Below are positions 8,343 through 15,120 of a stretch of DNA of 15,120 nt, in pieces (the stretch's first letter is position 1; each line of letters begins with the position of its first letter). The position numbers and the translations under genes are program-made. Below the pieces are notes generated by a model. The model saw nothing but the letters and a program-made list of their open reading frames with translations. It did no database searches and was not told where the DNA came from. The DNA is from Candidatus Heimdallarchaeota archaeon (GTDB lineage: Archaea > Asgardarchaeota > Heimdallarchaeia > Heimdallarchaeales > Heimdallarchaeaceae). Where the stretch lies: assembly GCA_030668875.1 (NCBI GenBank), contig DAOVER010000062.1:1-15120 (forward strand). The letters run 5' to 3'.

Positions 8343-9239
8343 CTAATAATTCAAACCTTTGAATTTTGGAATGCTTTTTCTTATCTCATCTACCATAATC
8401 TTGGAATGAGTGTTCTCATTTGTCTTTAAATCCATGTAGATAGAGTTTTTGATTAGCTCTTTGACTTTCTTTGTTACCTTTACATCATGCATCTTATCTT
8501 TCTCTGCAGCAACTAATAAAACGTGATTTTCAACTAAGGGAAATACTTTCCAATACCTCTTATAAGCCAAATGCAATCCCATTTTTTTCCATTTGAAACC
8601 ATCAGCTTCCTCAAGAGCTCTAATGTATTTTGCAGCTTGCTCAGGAGTATCTGATTTTGATCTGATAAGCCATTGTCTTCCTAATGGTTTTGCTATTTTC
8701 AACAACCAATGTGGTGTTATTGCGATGAATGGTCTGTGAAATTCAGGATATTCGAATCTTGCAGGTGGAGCAACTAAAACAGGTAATAACGGATTGTATA
8801 GTTTATCAACTAGTCCACAAACAATGGTTGTGGCACCAATACATGAGCCAAACATTACTAGTTTCTTTTCGTCTAATTTTAGCTGCCCAATCACTTCTTT
8901 TAAATCTAGAGCCATACGAGGCATTCCAATTTCAGATTTTCTAGTTAATCCACTAGATGCTTTTTCTCTGGATTCAAAATATACTATCTCAAAATCTTTC
9001 ATAGCTTCAATCAGAAATTCATCCCATGAGGGTACTACAGTGGACCAACCTGGAATCATAAGAAGAACGTAACCATTTGCTTTGTTTTTTTCAGGCTTAC
9101 TTGTTAAAACTCTAACTGAGGTGTTATCTGACATAACTAGATCTTCGCTTCTTGCTAATTTTTCAAATTCTGAGACTGAATAATTATCTAGAAGATTTTT
9201 TATTTCCTTTTTCATCCAATAATCCACAAAAAAAGTCAT
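8343..9239 (-). CDS. Alpha/beta hydrolase fold protein with a G-S-C-I-G nucleophile elbow
   Basis: LMIPGW oxyanion segment, YFESREK strand, ALDL helix, FGSCIGA elbow, AAEKD acid candidate, NTHS His candidate. Alternative start at ATG 9215. Confidence 0.8.
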   Translation of the reverse strand: MTFFVDYWMKKEIKNLLDNYSVSEFEKLARSEDLVMSDNTSVRVLTSKPEKNKANGYVLLMIPGWSTVVPSWDEFLIEAMKDFEIVYFESREKASSGLTRKSEIGMPRMALDLKEVIGQLKLDEKKLVMFGSCIGATTIVCGLVDKLYNPLLPVLVAPPARFEYPEFHRPFIAITPHWLLKIAKPLGRQWLIRSKSDTPEQAAKYIRALEEADGFKWKKMGLHLAYKRYWKVFPLVENHVLLVAAEKDKMHDVKVTKKVKELIKNSIYMDLKTNENTHSKIMVDEIRKSIPKFKGLNY

Positions 9240-9282
9240 TTAAAAACCTTTCAAAAGGAAAAAAACAGAAATTAAAATAATT

Positions 9283-9783
9283 TCAATTGCCTTGGAAAAA
9301 TTTGTAATCAATTGCAAGAGTTGCCGCCAAACCAAAAATTGGTTCGAGAGGAGGATATACATCTATTTTGTAAGTATCTCTTACTGAAAATACTTTTCTA
9401 TCTAAAGTAAAACCTACATTGTTGTTCAAATCTCTTGCAGTAAATGCATATGCAAAAAGATCTGAGGCATGGTACTCATTTCCTGCTAATTCAACAGTAA
9501 ATTTAATTCCACAGAACCTGATCAGTGGAAAACGAACCATTCCTATTTCTTGTTCATTTTGTAAAATTTTCCACTTGTTTTGGAGAAATAGGTTTGCTTT
9601 AATTCTCACAACTTCATTTCCTTGCATATCTTCAATAATTATGGTCTTTGCTATTGTAAACATCTTTCTTCTTGCTCTGAAAACTTGCTGATCAGTTGCA
9701 TTATCAAAGATATTATAGGTTGCAGTTAATGCCAGTATTTTTTGCTGTATCTTAAATCCATAAGGTAGATTTTGTTGAGCCAT
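9283..9783 (-). CDS. LURP-one-related / scramblase (Tubby C-terminal-like) family protein, paralog 1
   Basis: FKIQQKILALTATYNIFD, KMFTIAKTIIIED.QG.E, KVFSVRDTYKIDV and a terminal hydrophobic helix (GLAATLAID). Start at ATG 9783 is supported by TTTATATC at 9812-9805; the track gives 9795. Confidence 0.8.
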   Translation of the reverse strand: MAQQNLPYGFKIQQKILALTATYNIFDNATDQQVFRARRKMFTIAKTIIIEDMQGNEVVRIKANLFLQNKWKILQNEQEIGMVRFPLIRFCGIKFTVELAGNEYHASDLFAYAFTARDLNNNVGFTLDRKVFSVRDTYKIDVYPPLEPIFGLAATLAIDYKFFQGN

Positions 9784-9838
9784 GTCTATACACATGAGGT
9801 TGCTGATATAAATTTATTGGAAAAGGAGCGCTTGGCTA

Positions 9839-10555
9839 TCAGAACAAAGGACTAGTCCACGAACCTTCGTTAGATAGAAAGAAAATCAGAGTACCATGAG
9901 CATCTACAAGAACAAGTCTTGAAAAAGTAATTGAATAAGAACTGAGTAACCCCCTACTTTCATAATAACTGATTGATTGGTAGATAGCAAAGAACGGTTC
10001 TCTGGCAGTATCGTTCAAGATAGATGATAGATTACCCGCCACATCTGCGCGAGTGAATGACGGTAATTCAGATTCTTCAAGATTAGAATGTGCATTATAA
10101 TCTAAAAATGCATTAAGATATGCAAAATAATTTCCTGCGTATGTATAACCAAAAGTAGATTCCATCCATTTAAGATAAACAGTTGTATTTTTTGTTGCCC
10201 CTAGAATTGTTCCATTGTAATCAAGTGTTATTCTTCTTGGTTTAAAAAGGTAAGAATCATACGCTGCTGATTGTTCGTTAAGTGATTTCGTAATCATTAT
10301 AGTAATGTTGGTGAGAGAAAACTCTGGATCATCAACAATTAGTCTTGTTCTGTTCAGTCCATCCCAGATAGAAGTGTTTAACCCTATATTTTCAACTTCA
10401 TGTAATCTAGCTAATTCTATCTCATCATCGGTGTTTCTATGGATATCTACTGAAAAGAATACGTTTGGAAAGACATAGATATTAAGCAGAGAAATAGTGA
10501 AAGCGATAATTAGTACTGAAGCTGTACCTATTATCATAGGGTCGCGCTTTGTCAT
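9839..10555 (-). CDS. Hypothetical exported protein with an N-terminal membrane anchor
   Basis: One hydrophobic segment (IIGTASVLIIAFTISLLNIYVF) after a basic N-terminus; 7 N-x-S/T sequons in 238 aa; no family recognised. Confidence 0.7.
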   Translation of the reverse strand: MTKRDPMIIGTASVLIIAFTISLLNIYVFPNVFFSVDIHRNTDDEIELARLHEVENIGLNTSIWDGLNRTRLIVDDPEFSLTNITIMITKSLNEQSAAYDSYLFKPRRITLDYNGTILGATKNTTVYLKWMESTFGYTYAGNYFAYLNAFLDYNAHSNLEESELPSFTRADVAGNLSSILNDTAREPFFAIYQSISYYESRGLLSSYSITFSRLVLVDAHGTLIFFLSNEGSWTSPLF

Positions 10556-10727
10556 TATGAATATTCTACATACTTGTGTTCTAAAAAATATTCCTATCTG
10601 TTGAATTTATGAATAAGATTTCAGAGATGTGGATTAAAGCTAAAGGCAATTTCAATTACAGAGTATAATAATTTTGTGTCCAACAAATAATATTAATAAA
10701 GGGTAAAAAAAACATTATCTGATTACT

Positions 10728-11561
10728 ATGGTTAAAATCACATTTGTTAAACTTGGTAACATAACGTTAACCACCTTAATTGATATTATGCTAGATGAAA
10801 GAGCTAGTAGAAAAGACATCGAAGCTACAGTCATAAGCTCATCTACAAAGATGAAACCTGAAGCAGCAGAAAGACTATTCCCTCTTATAGATCAAGTTGA
10901 AACTGATTTGATGGTCATGATCTCGCCAAATGCTAAAGACAAAGGGCCACAAGCAGTTATTGAAAGATATAAAGAGAAATATCCAGTTATCGTTGTATCT
11001 GATACAGCTGATAAAGAAATGAGAGAGAAATGGAAAGCTGAAGGTGTGGGTTATATCATTGTTTCATTTGATCCTATGATTGGTGCAAAAATAGACTTTC
11101 TAGATCCAACAGAAATGTGTCTCTTCAATGGTTACATCATAGAAACCTTCAGTTCCTGCGGTGTATTCTCTTACATTGTTAGATTATTTGATGATGTTAT
11201 TAATCAACTCAAAGCAGGAGAAAAACCTGAATTACCAACACGCAACCTATCACCTATTGGTGTAACAGAAAGTCACCCATTTGGAAATGATTATTCTAGA
11301 CCAAAAGCATTTGCAGCTTTAAGAATTTTGCAAGATGCAGGAAAATTAAATGTAAATGGTTGTTGGGGTGAAAAAGATAAAAACAGAGCTCTAGTCAAAG
11401 TAGCAGCTGCTCATGAGATGGTCAGACAAGCAAGCATTATTGCTGATGAAGTAAGAGAACTTGAAAAAGCAAGTGGCCATTTAGTTCGTACCCCTCATAA
11501 CAAAGAAGGAGAAATTTATCATAAAATACATTTCTTCGATAATGCTCACAAAGAACATTAA
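10728..11561 (+). CDS. mtd: F420-dependent methylenetetrahydromethanopterin dehydrogenase
   Basis: FVKLGN, MLDERASRKDI, STKMKPE, ISPN, DPMIGA..FLDP.EM..FN, GC..EKD, AAAHEM.R.A...ADE.RELEK, RTPH..G all match the Mtd family over the full length. Confidence 0.92.
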   Translation: MVKITFVKLGNITLTTLIDIMLDERASRKDIEATVISSSTKMKPEAAERLFPLIDQVETDLMVMISPNAKDKGPQAVIERYKEKYPVIVVSDTADKEMREKWKAEGVGYIIVSFDPMIGAKIDFLDPTEMCLFNGYIIETFSSCGVFSYIVRLFDDVINQLKAGEKPELPTRNLSPIGVTESHPFGNDYSRPKAFAALRILQDAGKLNVNGCWGEKDKNRALVKVAAAHEMVRQASIIADEVRELEKASGHLVRTPHNKEGEIYHKIHFFDNAHKEH

Positions 11562-11562
11562 T

Positions 11563-11604
11563 CCTTCTTTCCTTTTCTTTTACATTTATTTTTGTTTTAG
11601 TTTT
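11563..11604 (+). terminator. T-rich terminator region between convergent mtd and LURP paralog 2
   Basis: ccttctttccttttcttttacatttatttttgttttagtttt follows the mtd stop. Confidence 0.45.
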
Positions 11605-11626
11605 TAGATAATGAACAACAAGTTCA

Positions 11627-12154
11627 TCATGTAGATGCCATTACAGCTGTAGAAGAAGCAGCTTGTTGTTGTTTTATTGCGAAGTTCAGTATTAATGCAA
11701 CAGATAATGCTACTAATGGATCAAATTCATTACTTACCTCTAATAGAAATTTATCTTTAAATGTCCATGATTCTTTTTCGAACAGAAAAACTTCTTTTCC
11801 CATTCTATCTATAGCTTGAAAAGAGTGAATTTTCGCCCGAGAAACAATAAACTGTTCAGTATCTGTAATGATTGTTATATCTTGATTACACCAGCTTCCA
11901 ATCGATTTTCTAACTTCAGCTAGAACAATGTCCTTTCGCTTAATCTCCCATTTATCACCCCAAAAGGAAGTTTTCCTCGCTGTAACAAGTAATTCTTGAT
12001 TCATATCCATTATGTTAAATTGAGGCTTGAAGCCGCCATAAAATTCCACCTCCATGATTACTTTATCTCTTGAAGCATCAATAACAGAATACTTGCTAGT
12101 AAAAGTGCCAGAGGTTCTTTCTACAATAAATCCATAAGGTATTGCGCTATCCAT
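11627..12154 (-). CDS. LURP-one-related / scramblase (Tubby C-terminal-like) family protein, paralog 2
   Basis: PYGF start shared with paralog 1; KYSVID, FNIMDMNQELL, KESWTFKDKFLLEV..EFDPLVALSVALIL. ATG at 12154 (the track starts at TTG 12157); TTTATAAG at 12185-12178. Confidence 0.75.
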   Translation of the reverse strand: MDSAIPYGFIVERTSGTFTSKYSVIDASRDKVIMEVEFYGGFKPQFNIMDMNQELLVTARKTSFWGDKWEIKRKDIVLAEVRKSIGSWCNQDITIITDTEQFIVSRAKIHSFQAIDRMGKEVFLFEKESWTFKDKFLLEVSNEFDPLVALSVALILNFAIKQQQAASSTAVMAST

Positions 12155-12211
12155 CAAAGGGAAAATCTACTTGGCAACTTATAAATATGAGTAAACAGAA
12201 AGAGAAAAGAA

Positions 12212-13507
12212 TCAAGGATAAACTCTATTCCTTGTTCTTGGGAAAGGTTGTGTTTCTTGAATGGTATCAAGTCCACATAACCACCATGTAAGCCTTTCAG
12301 CTCCTAAACCAAAACCGGAATGGTAAACTGAACCATATTTCCTAAGGTCGATATACCATTCATAATCTTCAGGGGACCAACCTTCTTCAATAATTCTTTC
12401 AACAAGTGTCTTAAGAACATCTTCTCTCTGACCACCTGTAATGATTTCTCCGAAACCTTCAGGAGCCATAAGATCAGCTGAGTAACACCACCTGGGATCT
12501 TTTTCATTGATTTTAACATAGAACGGTTTGTGTGCTGAAGGATACATAGTTACGAAGAAAGGTTCCCCAATTAAGTTTGAGAGATCTCGTTCTTCCTCTG
12601 TTTTGATATCATCATCCCATTTTAGCTTGTGACCATTTTCATTTAGAGTGTTGATAGCTTCCTCATAAGTGATTTTCTTGAAAGGAGCTTCTATTTGTTC
12701 CAAGAATGAAGTATCTCTTTCTAATTCCTTGAGCTCTTTTTTATTATTCTCAAGAACATATTGAACAATGAAAGCAACAAGTTCTTCTTGAATTTTCATG
12801 TTTCCTTCGAAATCAACGAAAGCTTCTTCACCCTCTATGTGCCAAAACTCGTTGATGTGTCTCTTTGTTCTCATCTTCTCTGCTCTGAAACTTGGAGTAA
12901 TTGCATACACTTTTTCTAAACTGTAAATTAGTGCTTCGAGATAAAGCTGAACACTCTGACTCAAATATGCTTTCTGATCGAAGTATTTCAAATCAAATAG
13001 AGTAGAGCCTCCTTCACAAGCAGAACCTGTCAATATTGGTGGTGTGACTTCATAGAATTTGTTGTCATAAAACCATTCTCTAGCCGCTCTGAGAACGTTT
13101 GATTTGACTTTCATAATGTTAGTTGATTTGTAGCTTCTAACAAATAAGTGGGTGTTATCTAACATGAATTCCTTGCTTTGATCCTTAGCAATGGGAAACA
13201 CTTCACCTTTGTGAATTATTGTGAAATCAGTTAGAACTAACTCGATATTATTTACTGCCCTAGAATCTTCTTTAGCATTGCCTTTAACAGCAATAGCATT
13301 CTCAATTGCCACCTCATTAAGATTGTCCCAAGCTTCTTCAGAGAGATCCTCTAGCTTTCCAATACATTGAAGTATACCAGTAGCGTCTCGCAAAACGACA
13401 AATATCTTGTCTTTCATTTTACGGATTCTATAAATCCATCCTCGAACCTTAACTTCTTTGTCTGAGGTTTCTATATCAGTTATATGTTTGTAAATTGATT
13501 CGGGCAT
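12212..13507 (-). CDS. asnS: Asparagine--tRNA ligase (class IIb, archaeal type)
   Basis: N-terminal OB fold (VRGWIYRIR...FVVLRD.TG..Q); EGGSTLF; LSQSVQLYLE; motif 2 FRAE...RH..EFWH.E.E; WY.DLRKYGSV.HSGFGLG.ERL..W motif 3, typical of AsnRS rather than AspRS. Confidence 0.9.
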   Translation of the reverse strand: MPESIYKHITDIETSDKEVKVRGWIYRIRKMKDKIFVVLRDATGILQCIGKLEDLSEEAWDNLNEVAIENAIAVKGNAKEDSRAVNNIELVLTDFTIIHKGEVFPIAKDQSKEFMLDNTHLFVRSYKSTNIMKVKSNVLRAAREWFYDNKFYEVTPPILTGSACEGGSTLFDLKYFDQKAYLSQSVQLYLEALIYSLEKVYAITPSFRAEKMRTKRHINEFWHIEGEEAFVDFEGNMKIQEELVAFIVQYVLENNKKELKELERDTSFLEQIEAPFKKITYEEAINTLNENGHKLKWDDDIKTEEERDLSNLIGEPFFVTMYPSAHKPFYVKINEKDPRWCYSADLMAPEGFGEIITGGQREDVLKTLVERIIEEGWSPEDYEWYIDLRKYGSVYHSGFGLGAERLTWWLCGLDTIQETQPFPRTRNRVYP

Positions 13508-13640
13508 TAAATAAAATTTCGACAGACATAAAAAAATGTTAGGGTTAGGAAGAAAATAATTGAAATAGTAACTAATTAACTAGTTATTTTAGGAGAAAGT
13601 TTAAAGAAAAGACAACGAAAAACATCATTGGATAGCAAAA

Positions 13641-14387
13641 ATGTGTCGTCTATTTCTTCAAGTAGGTAAGAATGTTTCACCAACAGTTTACCAAGAATTT
13701 CTTAACGCATGCTCAGACTATGTAGGAGAATTGAAGAAGGATGTACATGAACATAATGAAAACAAACTCTTCAACCATGTTGATGGTTATGGATACTCAT
13801 TCTTACACAATGATCATTATGAAGTGAGAAGATTCAATGAATCAATTTGTGAAAGACCCCCTATCCCTGAATGGAATAAACTCCAATCACCAATTTTGTT
13901 AGCTCATGCTAGAAGAGCTTCACCCAATATAGTTGTTAAGCTTTCAAACAATCATCCTTTCTATTGGTACAATGGTGATGAGTATGTCTTTGTTCACAAT
14001 GGGACAATAACATCTAAGATTGACAATTATGACAAAGATAAGTTCTATCTTAGAGGTACGACAGACTCAGAAAAATACTTCTATTCTTTGTTAACTTCTC
14101 TGAGAGAAAATGATTGGGCTATGAAAAAATCATTAGTTGATTCCATCATAAATGATTGGAATTATACTGGTGCAAATTTTATTTTAGCTTCGAGAGAAAA
14201 AGTTTGGTTTGGATCATATTATCAAAAGAATCCTCTTTACTATACAATGAAACTGTACGATACAGAAGATTCTATTATCGTCTCATCTTCCAAACTTGAA
14301 TCACTTGGAAAACCTACAGAATTATTGACAAATGGTACACTAATTGAAATAAACATAAAGGAGAAAATGTACTATTATCTAGACTGA
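13641..14387 (+). CDS. Class II glutamine amidotransferase (Ntn hydrolase, YafJ/EgtC-like)
   Basis: Met-Cys-Arg N-terminus, HVDGYG, HARRAS, NNHPF, FVHNGTI, GTTDSE, GANFI, VSSS.L; no fused synthetase domain. Confidence 0.88.
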   Translation: MCRLFLQVGKNVSPTVYQEFLNACSDYVGELKKDVHEHNENKLFNHVDGYGYSFLHNDHYEVRRFNESICERPPIPEWNKLQSPILLAHARRASPNIVVKLSNNHPFYWYNGDEYVFVHNGTITSKIDNYDKDKFYLRGTTDSEKYFYSLLTSLRENDWAMKKSLVDSIINDWNYTGANFILASREKVWFGSYYQKNPLYYTMKLYDTEDSIIVSSSKLESLGKPTELLTNGTLIEINIKEKMYYYLD

Positions 14388-14407
14388 TATAGGTTGATGA
14401 TGAATAG

Positions 14408-14878
14408 ATGACTGCTGAAAAAGGAGAAGGGAAATTACCAATCAAAGAAAGAATGAAGAATTTCTCAGAGCTTTATTTGGCACATCATGAAATTAGTGAA
14501 GAATGTAAGAACCATGTTTTCAAAATTGGGCCGTTTTATTTGTGCGTTGGATGTACAAGTGTGATCATTGGAATAATAATTGAAGGAATAATTCTTTTTA
14601 TTTTTCTGGGCTTTTTTACAACCTACCCTATTGTATTAGCTCTAATTACTTCTTTTGGAGTATTTTTAGCTCTACTACAACTTATAGTCAAACCAAAAAA
14701 TAAACTGATAAAAACACTCATGCGTTTTTCATTAGGATTTGGAATGGGAGCATTATTTGCTTTGATGGTCATGATTCCTAATTGGTATTTGAAGATAGGT
14801 TTGTTCATTCTAGTATTACTTGGCACAATTCTCTATAACAGAGTAAGACGTGATTATGCAAATGATTCATGTAGTTAA
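14408..14878 (+). CDS. Small multi-pass membrane protein with an N-terminal His/Cys cluster (DUF2085-like, tentative)
   Basis: LAHH-x5-C-x2-H-x9-CVGC followed by about 4 hydrophobic segments; 20 bp downstream of the amidotransferase. Confidence 0.6.
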   Translation: MTAEKGEGKLPIKERMKNFSELYLAHHEISEECKNHVFKIGPFYLCVGCTSVIIGIIIEGIILFIFLGFFTTYPIVLALITSFGVFLALLQLIVKPKNKLIKTLMRFSLGFGMGALFALMVMIPNWYLKIGLFILVLLGTILYNRVRRDYANDSCS

Positions 14879-14944
14879 AATAAAAAATATTCTCTTTGAA
14901 TCTATGATGTTCTTATAATACGCACGTTATGAAACTTGGTTAAA

Positions 14945-15120
14945 CTTGCCAAAGGCGGTCTAACCGTCGTTTAAGTGGGTCCCCTCACGTGCGTTGAGGG
15001 GAAGAATCATGAGGATCATGATTGGGGAAGGAAGGAAGGGAGTGCGCATTTACTCCGCCAACATTCCTGCCATTGCGCTTCGTGCTGTATGGTTCAAGCT
15101 TTATTAACTGAGGGACAAGT
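14945..15120. other. Unassigned GC-rich, hairpin-dense element (possible ncRNA or mobile-element end), truncated by the window edge
   Basis: Hand count of 90/180 G+C over 14941-15120 versus 16/60 in 14881-14940; five short inverted repeats; no diagnostic rRNA, tRNA, SRP or RNase P motif found. Confidence 0.45.

Noticed and set aside
13569-13586. Palindrome/direct repeat taactaattaactagtta in the asnS intergenic region
   Set aside because: Short and almost all A/T, expected by chance at this composition; no second copy or regulator gene was seen.
12212-14387. Functional link between asnS and the divergent glutamine amidotransferase (asparagine supply)
   Set aside because: The amidotransferase has no asparagine synthetase domain and is unrelated to GatCAB; adjacency alone is not evidence.
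341-14826. Short antisense or alternate-frame ORFs in the track (341-547, 800-1099, 2197-2448, 3020-3442, 3521-3754, 5098-5289, 6266-6472, 7873-8070, 8729-8944, 8794-9072, 9419-9691, 12304-12519, 14623-14826)
   Set aside because: All lie on or within longer, motif-supported genes and show no family features; they are shadow ORFs.
15034-15042. GGAAGGGAG matches the 3' side of SRP RNA helix 8
   Set aside because: The required upstream CAGGCCC half is absent, so the stem cannot form.
14977-15060. Resemblance to RNase P RNA P3 (CCCCUC...GAGGGG) followed by GAGGAA
   Set aside because: The conserved P4 sequence GAGGAA(A/G)(G/U)UCC does not follow; the sequence reads AAGAATCATG.
15067-15095. Group II intron domain V look-alike (ctgccattgcg...tgctgtatggttc)
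   Set aside because: The triad would be UGC rather than AGC/CGC, there is no GNRA loop, no domain VI follows and there is no intron body or RT upstream.
15009-15107. 32-codon ORF MRIMIGEGRKGVRIYSANIPAIALRAVWFKLY with GAGG upstream
   Set aside because: Short, GC content atypical for this window's genes, overlaps the hairpins and has no recognisable family; not excluded but unsupported.
14945-15120. rRNA, tRNA or riboswitch (cobalamin, SAM-I, c-di-AMP) identity for the terminal element
   Set aside because: Only isolated short matches (e.g. ctccgcca, ggggacccac, cctgccat); no T-loop, no 16S/23S/5S landmark and no complete riboswitch core on either strand.
1-15120. CRISPR array, transposase, integrase or defence genes
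   Set aside because: No regularly spaced DNA repeats and no recognisable motifs were found.

Overview
AT-rich archaeal chromosomal window, most likely from an Asgard archaeon (Heimdallarchaeia-like). This assignment is inferred from GGTGA ribosome-binding sites, TATA boxes about 21-25 nt upstream of start codons, an F420-dependent Mtd, an archaeal-type AsnRS and N-glycosylation-rich surface proteins with C-terminal TM+KRK tails. Left to right: the 5' part of an unlisted minus-strand gene; three diverged paralogous MobA-like (NTP_transf_3-type) nucleotidyltransferases with a standalone 7TM protein between copies 2 and 3; two exported surface proteins; mtnA; an alpha/beta hydrolase with Cys at the nucleophile position; two LURP-one/scramblase-like paralogs bracketing an exported protein and mtd; asnS; a class II glutamine amidotransferase; a small His/Cys-motif membrane protein; and an unassigned, hairpin-dense 50% GC segment cut by the right edge. 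No rRNA, tRNA, CRISPR array or transposase could be supported. The best candidates for an undescribed system are the NTase triplet with its 7TM neighbour and the terminal structured element.
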